Origin: Candidatus Lindowbacteria bacterium RIFCSPLOWO2_12_FULL_62_27
GTDB taxonomy: Bacteria; Lindowbacteria; 2-12-FULL-62-27
Assembly: GCA_001784175.1 (NCBI GenBank)
Contig: MFPR01000004.1
Location: forward strand, 310,001 to 374,000
DNA: 64,000 nt
Direction: 5' to 3'
In this document: in pieces, positions 1 through 9,741 of the stretch
How positions within the stretch are numbered: position 1 is the stretch's first letter
How the letters are laid out: the number at the start of each line of letters is the position of its first letter
The notes under the pieces: generated by a model
Databases searched by the model: none
Told to the model about the DNA's origin: nothing
The model's input: the letters and a program-made list of their open reading frames with translations, nothing else
Translations under genes and position numbers: made by a program

Positions 1-386
1 TAGGCGCGGGACCATTCCTTTTTGGACGTGAGCTTGTCGACGCGCTCGACGAGGACACGGCCGTACCAGCTCCGGTCAAAAATTGCGATGTCGCCGCGGG
101 CCGGAAGCTGGAGCCAGAATCGCCACAGGAAGGGCCGGAGCGCCTCCTCCTCGTTCGGCGCTTTGATGTGCCGCACCTTGAACCCGCGCGGATCGAGCCG
201 CCGGACGAGCGTGCCGACGGTCGTGCCCTTGCCGGCGGCCTCCCAGCCTTCAAAGACGATGATGACCGGCGTTCCGGACTCCACGACTTTTCGCTGGAGC
301 ACACCCAACTCGAACTGGAGTTTCTGAAAAATTTCGTGATGCTCTTTTTTGCCAAGTTTTATGTCGAAATTAGATTTTTCAAGCAC
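1..386 (-). CDS. ppk2: Polyphosphate kinase 2 family protein (runs off left window edge)
   Basis: Not in ORF track. Manual minus-strand translation from GTG at 386 gives VFEGWEAAGKG (Walker A), LDPRGF, FWLQLPARGDIAIFDRSWYGRVLVERV, the PPK2 signature motifs. Confidence 0.92.
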   Translation of the reverse strand, partial: MLEKSNFDIKLGKKEHHEIFQKLQFELGVLQRKVVESGTPVIIVFEGWEAAGKGTTVGTLVRRLDPRGFKVRHIKAPNEEEALRPFLWRFWLQLPARGDIAIFDRSWYGRVLVERVDKLTSKKEWSRA

Positions 387-792
387 GCGATTTTCTCCTT
401 TTCTTGTTCTTGGATTTCCCGGATGCCGGCGCGTCGGCCGGTTTTTCAGCGCCGTCCACAAGCTGATCAACAGCCATGCCAAGTACGACGAGGAGGTCCT
501 CGAGTTTGCGGAGGTCCTTCCGGCGGCCCTTGTGGGGTTTCACGTTCAGGTCGCGGATCTTGCGCAGGATGATGGCAACCGCGCCGGCGTCGACCGCCGT
601 CGCCTCTCCGAGCCGTCCGGCGATCTGCTCCGCCTGGGCCTCGAGCTTGGACACGTAGGCGGCAGCGATTTCCTTGGCGAGAGACCGGATGCGGCGGATT
701 TCGATTTGCAAGGATTTGAGCGCCTCAAAGACGACCTGGGATCCCGGCTCGGCCTGGACCTTGGACTTCGACGACACGCCTGTTCTTCTCAT
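379..792 (-). CDS. Hypothetical basic helical protein (137 aa)
   Basis: Overlaps both neighbours in the operon (789-792 and 379-386); no recognised motif; Lys/Arg-rich tail. Confidence 0.65.
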   Translation of the reverse strand: MRRTGVSSKSKVQAEPGSQVVFEALKSLQIEIRRIRSLAKEIAAAYVSKLEAQAEQIAGRLGEATAVDAGAVAIILRKIRDLNVKPHKGRRKDLRKLEDLLVVLGMAVDQLVDGAEKPADAPASGKSKNKKRRKSRA

Positions 793-1511
793 GACGGGAT
801 CAGCGGCTCAATCTTGGCTTGAAGCTCCATCGAGACCCGCCGGGCCGAGCGGTTGGCATCGACGATGGTGAAACCGTAGATGGAACTCATGCGCATGAAC
901 TCGGATTGAATGAGTTTCTGGTACCGGACGAAACTTTCGAACATGTCGCGGGAGAGGCCGATGTCCATGCCGGACTCCCAGTAGTTGAGGGTGGCATTTT
1001 TGAGGAAGTTTCGTTCGACGAGCTGTTTGGGATTGATCTTGAGATAAAAGACCGCGTCGGGCACGAGCGCCAGACCGTAGAGCGATTCGATCCACTGGCG
1101 GTCCGATCCCCGGACGAGGTCCCGGGCCATCAGCGTGTAGATGTATCGGTCGGCCAGGACCATGTAACCGGCCTTGAGGGCGGGGATCATGATATTTTCG
1201 AGCTGGTCGGCGAAGTCGGTGGCGTAGAAGAGGGAGAGGGTGACGGGATTGAGAACGTTTCCATCGAGGATCTCGCCGAGCTGTTTGCTGACGAGGTTGG
1301 AGCGCTTCAAGCCGATGTCGACGATGGCGTGTCCGCGGGACTCGAGCCACGATTTCAAAAATTCCACCTGCGTCGACCGGCCGGACCCGTCGGGGCCTTC
1401 GATCACGATCAGCATGCCCTTGAGGCTGTCGAGCGGGACACCGGAGAGTCCCTTGCCGTAGAATCGTTTGGACGGCAGGCGCTTTGCGGGGCTCATCGTT
1501 TGATTTTCCAT
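789..1511 (-). CDS. Thymidylate-kinase-like protein (P-loop variant GSGRST)
   Basis: IVIEGPDGSGRSTQ, DRY motif (LADRYIY), PDAVFYL; dTMP kinase fold. Confidence 0.88.
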   Translation of the reverse strand: MENQTMSPAKRLPSKRFYGKGLSGVPLDSLKGMLIVIEGPDGSGRSTQVEFLKSWLESRGHAIVDIGLKRSNLVSKQLGEILDGNVLNPVTLSLFYATDFADQLENIMIPALKAGYMVLADRYIYTLMARDLVRGSDRQWIESLYGLALVPDAVFYLKINPKQLVERNFLKNATLNYWESGMDIGLSRDMFESFVRYQKLIQSEFMRMSSIYGFTIVDANRSARRVSMELQAKIEPLIPS

Positions 1512-2227
1512 TTAAAGACCGGCAGGTCGATTTTCTGAGCGACGATCCGCCGGACTTCCTTCTGCTGGTCCTCGATGCGGCGGGTGGCGTCGATGATCGT
1601 AAAGTTGTAGGGCCGGGCCATCGCGAGGTAGCGGTTGAGGATCCGGGACTGGAAAATTCTAAAGCTTTCATAAATGTCCGTCGAGAGATTCAGGTCCATG
1701 CCGGCTTCATGGTACTTGAGCTTGGGCCGCCCGTCCAGAATTCTCGTCAGGGCGACCTTGAGGGGTGTCTTGAAGAAAAACGTGATGTCGGGCTGGATCG
1801 CGAAACTGTAGAGCCGCGTAATCCAGTCCACGTTGCACCCGCGCACGATGTCGCGGGCGAAGGCCGTGTAGACGTAGCGGTCGCACAACACGATGTAGCC
1901 GGCGCGGAGGAGCGGCAGGACCTGGCTCTCGTAGCGGTCGGCGAAATCGGTGCAGTGGATGAGGCTGAAGGTGGTGGGCGTGAGAAGCTGGAGTTTTTTG
2001 GCCTTGCTGGTGATGTTCTTGACCATCACGGAGGAATTCCACTCGGTCAGAAAGACCTTGAGGTCCTGCATCTCGAGCCAGCGCTTGAGAAGATAGAGCT
2101 GCGTCGACTTGCCGCTGCCGTCGATGCCTTCGACCGCAATCAGTTTGCCTTCGACCGGCCGCTCGCGCAGCAGGGGCCGGGGCGCCGCAACCGGCGGTTT
2201 CGTCGAGGGAGTCTTTGCCATCGCCAT
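1493..2227 (-). CDS. Thymidylate-kinase-like protein
   Basis: IAVEGIDGSGKSTQ, LCDRYVY, PDITFFF. Confidence 0.9.
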   Translation of the reverse strand: MAMAKTPSTKPPVAAPRPLLRERPVEGKLIAVEGIDGSGKSTQLYLLKRWLEMQDLKVFLTEWNSSVMVKNITSKAKKLQLLTPTTFSLIHCTDFADRYESQVLPLLRAGYIVLCDRYVYTAFARDIVRGCNVDWITRLYSFAIQPDITFFFKTPLKVALTRILDGRPKLKYHEAGMDLNLSTDIYESFRIFQSRILNRYLAMARPYNFTIIDATRRIEDQQKEVRRIVAQKIDLPVFKWKIKR

Positions 2228-3058
2228 TCAACCTTTCCGAACGTGATGCCACGGCAAACGCAATCGCCGGAGCGCGGCGTATCGGGCCGAATCATGCGCC
2301 CGAATCGCCCGGTTTGCCCGGCTCACTGCGTTTGACTTTTCCCTTTCCATCCCTCTCACGGCCTTGCGCAACATGCCGGCCGTTACGAAATCGTCATGGA
2401 GCCCGCCCAGTACCGACTGGAGCTTTTTGATCCGATCCAGCCGGTCCCTCCAAACGAGGGGAAGATAAGGCGACAGGAGTTCAACCGTGTACCGCAGCTT
2501 TTTCACGGAAATGCGAAATCGGTGCATCCGTCGCACGTCCCCGCTGCCGCGGATCCTGCCGTACCGGCGCCTTGCCTGCCGGAAGCGCTCTTCTACCATA
2601 AGCCGGGCCAAAATGGAATCCCAATTTTTGGATGGGCGGGTCGGCCCTTTGCCCGCCGGAAGACGGAAGCCGCGCAGGGGCGACGGGGTCAGAGCGCGCC
2701 GGAACCGCCGGCGCACCCGGTCCAACCGGACCAACAACGCCGGCTCAACCGCCTTGCGGGCGGCTCCCCGCACGGCCCCGGGGAGGGGGCTTTGGCTGGA
2801 CCGCAAAAACCAGAGCGCCACGTCCAGCTCCCGGACACTCCCCGCCTCCCGCGTGATCCGGCGAACGGTCCGCTGCCATCGGCGAAGGCCCTTGTCAGGC
2901 GCGAGCCGGTCAAGGATTCGAAGGGATTCCCGAAGTCGCCGGCTGGCGACACGCAGTTTGTGAACGTCTTCGGGGTCTGTTCCCTCGAGGGCGCGCGGCA
3001 GGCGGCGGCGGACGATCCCGGCGAATTCCATCGCGCGGGCGCGCAATTCGTCGATCAC
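2228..3058 (-). CDS. CHAD domain (polyphosphate-binding) protein
   Basis: VHKLRVASRRLR, MHRFRISVKKLRY, LQSVLGGLHD are CHAD motifs; start moved to GTG 3058 just after the rarA stop. Confidence 0.88.
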   Translation of the reverse strand: MIDELRARAMEFAGIVRRRLPRALEGTDPEDVHKLRVASRRLRESLRILDRLAPDKGLRRWQRTVRRITREAGSVRELDVALWFLRSSQSPLPGAVRGAARKAVEPALLVRLDRVRRRFRRALTPSPLRGFRLPAGKGPTRPSKNWDSILARLMVEERFRQARRRYGRIRGSGDVRRMHRFRISVKKLRYTVELLSPYLPLVWRDRLDRIKKLQSVLGGLHDDFVTAGMLRKAVRGMEREKSNAVSRANRAIRAHDSARYAALRRLRLPWHHVRKG

Positions 3059-3065
3059 CCCGCCC

Positions 3066-4286
3066 TCACTTGTCGCCAATTTTCGGCTCGAAAAACCGGC
3101 GGTCGGCGGGCAGATATTTCTGTTGGCGGGCTTCCTCGGGATGATCGTGCGGATAGATGTATCCTTTGGCCGTATAGGGGTCGCCCCGCAGATGCGGGGG
3201 GACTTCGAGCAGCAGTCCTTTTTCGATTTCGCCGAGCGCGCGGTTGATGCCCTCATAGGCGCTGTTGGATTTGGGCGACCGTGCGACGTACAGGGCCGCC
3301 TCTGCAAGCGGAATGCGGCCTTCCGGCATGCCGATTTTTTCGACGGCGTCGAAGGCCGCCTGGGCCACGACCAGCGCGTGGGGGTTGGCGAGCCCCACGT
3401 CCTCGGCGGCGCAGATGACGATCCGGCGCGCGATGAACCGCGGGTCCTCTCCGGCCGCGATCATCCGGCCGAGCCAGTAGAGGACGGCGTCGCAGGCGCC
3501 GCCGCGCATGCTTTTGATGAAAGCCGAGATCACGTCATAATGATCGTCGCCCGCGCGGTCGTACCGCACCGCAAGGCCGGGGAGTTTGGCGAGAAGTTCC
3601 GGCGTCACCCGCAATTTTTTGTCTCCCTCGAAGGACAGAAGTTCGACGGCGTTCAGAAGCCGGCGGGCGTCCCCGGTGGCGGCGTGGATGAGCTGCGCGC
3701 GTTCGGCCGCCGGGATCGTCATCTCCAGCCCGGCCGTGGTTTTCAAATGCGCCAGCGCCCGCTCCAGCACCACGGAGAGGTCCGGGGCCGTCAGCGGATC
3801 GAATCGAAGGAGGAGCGCGCGGGACACGATGCCTTTGGCGAGGACGAAATTCGGATTTTCGGTCGTGGCCGCGGCGAAATAAAAACCGCCTTCCTCCAGA
3901 AACGGCAGGAACACCTCCTGCTGGGTCTTGCTCAGCCTGTGAATCTCGTCCATGAACACGAAGATCCGCCTGCCGGGACTGAACAGCGACTGCTCGCTTC
4001 GCGCGCCGCCGGCCGATCCACCCGAGGCCTCCTGCAAGAGCGCGCGCAAATCGGCCACGGAAGCCGACGTGCCCGATACGATACGCAGGTCCGCCTCCAG
4101 TTTACGGGCCAGGACGTGGGCCAGCGCGGTCTTGCCGCAGCCGGGCGGGCCGTGGAAAATCAGGGGCGGGATCGTCTGTCGGGAGAGGGCGCGGACCAGC
4201 GGAGCGTCTTCCGCCACCAGATGTTTCTGTCCGACAAAGTCCTCCCACCGGTCCGGCCGAAGAATCCTGGCCAGTGGAGGCGACAC
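3066..4286 (-). CDS. rarA: Replication-associated recombination protein A (AAA+ ATPase)
   Basis: LARILRP, GPPGCGKT, DEIHR, TTENP, HYDVISAFIKSMRG, EDVGLANP, PKSNS. Confidence 0.96.
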   Translation of the reverse strand: MSPPLARILRPDRWEDFVGQKHLVAEDAPLVRALSRQTIPPLIFHGPPGCGKTALAHVLARKLEADLRIVSGTSASVADLRALLQEASGGSAGGARSEQSLFSPGRRIFVFMDEIHRLSKTQQEVFLPFLEEGGFYFAAATTENPNFVLAKGIVSRALLLRFDPLTAPDLSVVLERALAHLKTTAGLEMTIPAAERAQLIHAATGDARRLLNAVELLSFEGDKKLRVTPELLAKLPGLAVRYDRAGDDHYDVISAFIKSMRGGACDAVLYWLGRMIAAGEDPRFIARRIVICAAEDVGLANPHALVVAQAAFDAVEKIGMPEGRIPLAEAALYVARSPKSNSAYEGINRALGEIEKGLLLEVPPHLRGDPYTAKGYIYPHDHPEEARQQKYLPADRRFFEPKIGDK

Positions 4287-4288
4287 GG

Positions 4289-4972
4289 CTATCGTTCGTC
4301 GATCAGAGACTTGATGACCTTCTCCACCACGTATCTCGGCTGAATGCCGACGAGCCGTTCGGCGGGTTCGCCTTTTTTGAGGAAGATCATCGTCGGCACG
4401 TTGGAGACGCGGAACTGGGTGGCCAGATCGCGGCTGCCGTCGAAATTGGCGACGAAAAACCGCACCCTGCCCTTGTATTTCTCCGCGATGTCGGCCATTT
4501 CCGGCAGGATGAGCCAGGTCGGCTCGTGGTCGGACTTCCAGAAATTCAGAACGTTCACCACCGGCGAGGCTTCGACCGTGTTTTTGAAATTGTCCTCCGT
4601 CACATACACGATGCCGGCCGGCAATTTTTCGAATTTACTGCCCAGCGTTTTTTCAATGAACGTTTCGAGCCGGTCGCCGATGGCGATGTTGACCCAGCGG
4701 TCCGTCGCCTCGCCCTGGTTGAACAGCACCAGGGCCGGCGCCGCCATCACGCGGTACTCGAAGGCCAAGTCCTTGCCGCGCGCGATGTCGAGGCGGACGA
4801 ATTTGATCCGATCACCGTATTTTTTCGCAAGACGCCGGAATTCGTCGAACTTCATGTTGCAAAGCCCGGAGTCCTTGAGAAAACAGAACACGACCACGGG
4901 CTTGGTGGATTTCAACACCACGGAATCGAAAACTTCCTTCGTCAGGGTCGGAATCTCTTCATTCTCACTCAA
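4289..4972 (-). CDS. Tandem thioredoxin-fold protein lacking CxxC
   Basis: Two Trx-like repeats (FDSVVLKSTKPVVV...YRVMAAPALVLF; FKNTVEASPVV...FRVSNVPTMIFLKKG); TTG start at 4972 with GGAGG RBS. Confidence 0.8.
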   Translation of the reverse strand: MSENEEIPTLTKEVFDSVVLKSTKPVVVFCFLKDSGLCNMKFDEFRRLAKKYGDRIKFVRLDIARGKDLAFEYRVMAAPALVLFNQGEATDRWVNIAIGDRLETFIEKTLGSKFEKLPAGIVYVTEDNFKNTVEASPVVNVLNFWKSDHEPTWLILPEMADIAEKYKGRVRFFVANFDGSRDLATQFRVSNVPTMIFLKKGEPAERLVGIQPRYVVEKVIKSLIDER

Positions 4973-4994
4973 ACCTGTGCCTCCCGAAAAAAAA

Positions 4995-5215
4995 GTCCAG
5001 GGTGCCGTAGGAAATCGAGTATTGAACCGCGATGTCCAGGTGGGATTCCCGCGAATGCCACACTGGGCTTCCCTCACCCCCCGCATCTGTTTGGCGAACC
5101 CGAAGGCTCATCGTCAGATGATCGGAAGGGGGCCTGCCGGGCGGCGCCCGACGACGGAATCCCGTCCGATGCTTGTAGGCTCAATGACTGCGAGGACCTG
5201 ACGAGCACCCCAGAC
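4995..5215 (-). ncRNA. ssrS: 6S RNA
   Basis: Minus strand ends pair (GTCTGGGGTGC/GCACCCTGGAC); motifs TTGAGCC...ACGGGA...GGGAAGCC...CCCACCTG...GGTTCA follow the 6S pattern; TTGACG-17-TAAACA promoter-like site upstream. Confidence 0.75.
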
Positions 5216-5271
5216 GCAATTGTCACCCCCTGTTTAACCCAGCGGACGCCGGGCGTCAAGTCCCCGGCGGC

Positions 5272-6591
5272 CTATCTGAAAAACTGGCACACCCGGATGT
5301 CCATGCCGCCCTGAGTGAAGTGGTAGGTCTCCATTTCGGTTCCCCGCATGCATTTGCCAAAGGCCGCCCAAGATTCCTCGTCGGGGCAAAGAATAAAGCC
5401 GAGTAAATTGTGATTTTCCTTTTCAAGTTTAACGGCCAGTTCAAACACTTTTTTTCCGATATTGGAATAAAAAACGCCCGGGGCGGCCCTGTCCTTCAGA
5501 CGGATGCCGTAGGGGGGATTGAGCGGGAGAAAGACATTTCCGAGTTTTTTTTTCATGAAATCCGCAATATCGCCGGTATTCAATTTCAGGAAATTTTCAC
5601 GGAAAACGGATTCTCCCGGTTTGATGAAATCTGAATTGTCGCGATCGCAGGTTTTTTTGAAATTTTCAATGTTTTTCAGCAGGGCGTCGTTGGCCGGCGC
5701 CGAAGGGTCCATGCAAAGAATATTCAAACGATTTTCCGCGGCGAGACGGGAAGCAAGTTTCGAGTTCTCTCTCGCTTTTTTCAACAGAAAAGCGAAATTT
5801 TCCTTTCTGAACAGGGGCATTTTTTGCAGGGCATATTCCCGGTTCAACAGGCAAGGAGCGTGTTGATAATGGTATTCGAGGTATTCAAACACAAACGTTC
5901 CCGTGCCGGAAAACGGGACCCACAACGTGTCGATTGATAAATTCTCCTTATGCCTCCTGGAAAAGTGGAACGCTTTTCGGATGGCGCAAGCGGCGGCGTC
6001 CTCCCGCAAAGGCGCGCTTGCGCTCAGCGCGCCCCGGTATCCTCTTTTGTACAGAGGGGTTCCCGCCAAAGAAATGCTGACGGTGAGTTTGTCCTTATAG
6101 AGCCCGGCATGGAGACATGTGGTCTCCCGGGTATTTTCGCCGCTGACCACTCCGATGCCTCTCGGTTTAAGTATATCCGTCAGAATATCTTTTAACCCGC
6201 TTTCGTGAAAAGCTCCGCTTGCAACGGAGTCCACTTTGATTTTAAGGGACATGGAAGAATCGACATAATAATCCCAGCGGATGGACCGGCACCGCGCCGC
6301 GAAAGCCTCCCGGCCGGGGGAGTTCCCCTCAAACAGAACAAGGCGGAGATCGGAAAGGCAAAGGCTGCGCATCAGCATTTCCGACAGCGCAAAAAAATGA
6401 ATATTCTCAATGCGAATTTCATTTTTGAGAAGGGTGCACTTGCTCTTGAATTTTTGTTCGAACCACAGATGGTTTAAAATACTTTCAATTTCCTCCTGTC
6501 CGATCGTGCCCAGGCCGGCGGGGAAGCAGGCGATCGCGGATTGAGGTTTCCCATAGATATGCCGCTTGATTTGCTTTTCAATATTTTGCAT
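5272..6591 (-). CDS. RlmL/THUMP-like RNA m2G methyltransferase
   Basis: YKRGYR, APLRE, PFSGTGT (SAM motif I), NPPYG; only the C-terminal part of track ORF 5272..7428 is credible; start approximate (6591 or 6612). Confidence 0.78.
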   Translation of the reverse strand: MQNIEKQIKRHIYGKPQSAIACFPAGLGTIGQEEIESILNHLWFEQKFKSKCTLLKNEIRIENIHFFALSEMLMRSLCLSDLRLVLFEGNSPGREAFAARCRSIRWDYYVDSSMSLKIKVDSVASGAFHESGLKDILTDILKPRGIGVVSGENTRETTCLHAGLYKDKLTVSISLAGTPLYKRGYRGALSASAPLREDAAACAIRKAFHFSRRHKENLSIDTLWVPFSGTGTFVFEYLEYHYQHAPCLLNREYALQKMPLFRKENFAFLLKKARENSKLASRLAAENRLNILCMDPSAPANDALLKNIENFKKTCDRDNSDFIKPGESVFRENFLKLNTGDIADFMKKKLGNVFLPLNPPYGIRLKDRAAPGVFYSNIGKKVFELAVKLEKENHNLLGFILCPDEESWAAFGKCMRGTEMETYHFTQGGMDIRVCQFFR

Positions 6592-6651
6592 CTCCGGCGC
6601 CCGATGTTCCATCCGTGGGGGTGATCGTAGTATGATGGGCCTGAAATCAAC

Positions 6652-9600
6652 ATGGGAACGTTGACGATTTTGCCGACGGCGATGTCGGCCGGGGACTGGA
6701 CAAGGGAGAGGGCGGCGGACCGCGCGGTGTTCGGGTATCCGGCGGTGAGCCACAGCCAGTGGGTTCGCGCGGTCTATCGCGCCGTCCATCCGGCGCGGGC
6801 GTGGTTGCCGGATGGCGAAAGTCTTGCGGTGGTGGCGTGGGTGGTGGACGAGTACTACGCGCAGCGGCCGGCGGCGCCCTTTTCCGGGCTGCGGCATCGG
6901 ATCGGATTTTGGCGGAGCCTTCAGCGGCTGCTGAACGAGTGCCGCATGGCCTGTCTTGGCGTCGAGGAACTCGTGGGCGTTTTGCAGGCGGGCGGGAGCG
7001 GAGGCGCGGGCGCGGACCGGGCCGGACTGATCGGCGATCTGTACGCGGCCTACGATCGGCGCCTGTCGGAGTTGAACGCGACGGACGCGTCGACGGCCGA
7101 ATCGGAACTGGCGGGCCTGATCCGGTCGCACGCGGACCGGATTCCCACTCTGGCGGACGCGGACGAAATCGAAGTGCGCGGGATCTACGACATCAAGCCC
7201 GCCACGTTCGAATGGATCCTGGAACTTGCCCGCCACCGGCCCACGACGGTGTTTCTGCCGCTGCCCAAGGATCATCCTCGGAGCATCCGGTGGCTGGAGT
7301 GGACGTACCGGAAATTCGAGTACCTGGCGGATGAGGCGCCGACAGGCCTGACGGTGCAGTCGGAGGACCTTCAATCGGGCCGCGGGCTTGCAGAACTTCT
7401 GCCGAGGCTCTTTCAGCCGCTGGCGCAACTCAAGGAGCAGAAGATTCCGCCGCTCGCGATGAAGACACCGCTGCGCGTGCTGGAGGCGAACGATTCACGC
7501 GCCGAAATTGTCGAAGTTGCGCGCCGCGTCCGGCGATTGTGCGATGAAGGGACGGATCCGGCCCGGATCGCCGTGATGTTCCGCCGGCCGGACCCGTATC
7601 CGACCGCGCCGGACACGTTCGCGGCGTTTGATGTGCCGGTCGAAATTTCTCCGGACCTCCGGGACGCATGGCATCCGGAGCCGCTCGACCGCGAGGCGCT
7701 CGACCTTGTGGCGCTGGCGGCCGGAGGATTTGAGCGCGAGGACCTCGCGGGGTGGCTGGGCAGGACGCGGGCCCGTCTGCCGGACCCGCTGTGCGATCCC
7801 GACCTGGGCCGCATCCTGCGCGAGGCGCGGATCCTCCGCGGGCCTCCCTCGGCGATCCACCGCCGCCTGAAAGAATATGCCGACAGCCTCGGCGACGAAA
7901 CGGCGCGCGCCTTGATTCGTTCCGTTGACAAGTCTCTTCAGGATGCGCTGGGCGCCGCGAGTTCCCTGGCGGATCCCTCGCGACCGGGGCCGTATGTCAA
8001 AGCCCTCGAGGCCGCGCTGGACGCGCTCGGATGGTTTGGCCCGGAGAGTCCGATCACGGACGGAGACGCGCCGACGCTGCGCGAGCGTCTTCGGCGGCTG
8101 GAGCGGATCCTGGAGGGAATCGACCGGAAATGGGATTCGTCCGTTCTCTACGATCTTTTGTCTGATGCCCTGTCCGGAGGCGGCGCCGGAGAAAGCGGCG
8201 GGGTGAGGCTCCTGTCGATTCTGGACGCCGCCGCGATCGAGATCGACCATTTGTTCATCGTGGGCCTGACGGCCGGCGCGTTTCCATCGGAACCAAAGCA
8301 GGAAGTGTTTTTAAAAGATCATGAGCGGGAGGAGATCAGCGCGGCCTACATCAAACAGCGCCGCGAATCCCTCGGCCCCCGCCTTGCGGCGCACCGGCCG
8401 TTCGACACGGCGAAGGAAGAGCGCCTGCGCGAGAATTTTCTGTTTTTTCTGTGTCTGGCCCAGCCCACAGGCAGCGTGACGCTCTCCTATCCGAGGCTGG
8501 ACCCGCAGGGCAGGCCGGCGACGCCGTCGCCGTATCTCGACGAGATATTCAAGCAATTCGAAGACCCGCGGGCGTTGTTCCTCCCGGCCGGCGTCGGAGA
8601 CGCCGGCACTTGGGGCGCCGGAGGCGCTGACCCGGCCGGCGCCGTGCCGATGACCCGGCCCGAGATGGAGGCGGAGGCGGTCGAGCGGCTGGGCGCGGAA
8701 ACAACTCCGGTGACCGCCGACGACGCCGACCGGATCCGCTGGATTGCGACGCAAATTGATATTGAACGGCGGCGAGAACGGTTCTATCTGGAGCGCAATC
8801 GCGAGCGGCGGAAAGAACTCGCGTTTGAATACACAGGCCGGCTCGCCGGCGCCCGAACCGGATTTTGGCGGAAGGCCGACATCTCGGTCGGCGCGCTGGA
8901 GGCGTTTGCGGGATGTCCGTTCAGGGGATTCGCCCGAACGCTCATCGGACTCGAGAAAATCGACCGGCCGGTGGAAGGGTTGTCCTTCAAGGACCTGGGG
9001 ACGCTCCTGCACCGGTTTCTGGAAATTTTCTGGAAGGAACTCGACCGGATTCATGGGAAAGACCGCGGCGATCTGACAGCCGTGCTGAAGACGGCGAGGT
9101 CCTGCGCCCCCGCCGCGTTCGAGGCGGCGGCCCGCGAGATGGCGCGGCTCGGCGCCGAAGGGCCGTTCTGGGAAAGCCAGAAGGCGGCGCTCCGGTATCT
9201 GATCGACTCGATCGTGGACCTGGAGGAGGACAGCCTGAAAGCGGGACTGTGGCCGTCGGCCATTGAACGGCAGGTCACTCTGGAACTCTCGCCGGACCGT
9301 CGCGCCCGGCCGAAACAACTGATCGGCCGGATTGACCGGCTGGACCGCGCGGCGGACGGAGCAGTCCGGATCATCGACTACAAATTGAGCGACGTCATGT
9401 TCCTTCGCGAGAAGAAGAAGAAACTCGGCATGACGGAGCTGCAACTGCCCGCCTACGCGCAGGCGGTGGCGGCGCAGGACGGGCTGGCCGGCCGCACGCC
9501 GGTCGCGCTGGTCTATGTGTCGCTGCGCCACGCCGCGCAGGCGCTCGAAATCTGGTCGGGCACGGTGGACGAATTGAAACTCCTGTTTCAAGCCGGTCCT

Positions 9601-9741
9601 GTTCTTGAGTCCATCGCCGGCGGCCGGTTCGACGTGACGCCGGAGGACGAAACCCTGTGCGACACCTGTGAATTCAGGCGGGCCTGCCGGGTTCGTGAAG
9701 TGTTGGGAGCGCCGGCGGAGGAAGGCGGTGAGGCCGAATGA
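6652..9741 (+). CDS. addB: AddB/RexB-like helicase-nuclease subunit
   Basis: Degenerate helicase N-terminus; C-terminal PD-(D/E)XK nuclease (GRIDRLD, IIDYK, QLPAY) with Fe-S cysteines (GCPF...CDTCEFRRAC); ATGA-coupled to addA. Confidence 0.88.
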   Translation: MGTLTILPTAMSAGDWTRERAADRAVFGYPAVSHSQWVRAVYRAVHPARAWLPDGESLAVVAWVVDEYYAQRPAAPFSGLRHRIGFWRSLQRLLNECRMACLGVEELVGVLQAGGSGGAGADRAGLIGDLYAAYDRRLSELNATDASTAESELAGLIRSHADRIPTLADADEIEVRGIYDIKPATFEWILELARHRPTTVFLPLPKDHPRSIRWLEWTYRKFEYLADEAPTGLTVQSEDLQSGRGLAELLPRLFQPLAQLKEQKIPPLAMKTPLRVLEANDSRAEIVEVARRVRRLCDEGTDPARIAVMFRRPDPYPTAPDTFAAFDVPVEISPDLRDAWHPEPLDREALDLVALAAGGFEREDLAGWLGRTRARLPDPLCDPDLGRILREARILRGPPSAIHRRLKEYADSLGDETARALIRSVDKSLQDALGAASSLADPSRPGPYVKALEAALDALGWFGPESPITDGDAPTLRERLRRLERILEGIDRKWDSSVLYDLLSDALSGGGAGESGGVRLLSILDAAAIEIDHLFIVGLTAGAFPSEPKQEVFLKDHEREEISAAYIKQRRESLGPRLAAHRPFDTAKEERLRENFLFFLCLAQPTGSVTLSYPRLDPQGRPATPSPYLDEIFKQFEDPRALFLPAGVGDAGTWGAGGADPAGAVPMTRPEMEAEAVERLGAETTPVTADDADRIRWIATQIDIERRRERFYLERNRERRKELAFEYTGRLAGARTGFWRKADISVGALEAFAGCPFRGFARTLIGLEKIDRPVEGLSFKDLGTLLHRFLEIFWKELDRIHGKDRGDLTAVLKTARSCAPAAFEAAAREMARLGAEGPFWESQKAALRYLIDSIVDLEEDSLKAGLWPSAIERQVTLELSPDRRARPKQLIGRIDRLDRAADGAVRIIDYKLSDVMFLREKKKKLGMTELQLPAYAQAVAAQDGLAGRTPVALVYVSLRHAAQALEIWSGTVDELKLLFQAGPVLESIAGGRFDVTPEDETLCDTCEFRRACRVREVLGAPAEEGGEAE

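Noticed and set aside
6592-7428. N-terminal part of the 718-aa minus-strand ORF
   Set aside because: Antisense shadow of addB in GC-rich DNA; motifs and composition support only the part from about 6591 down.
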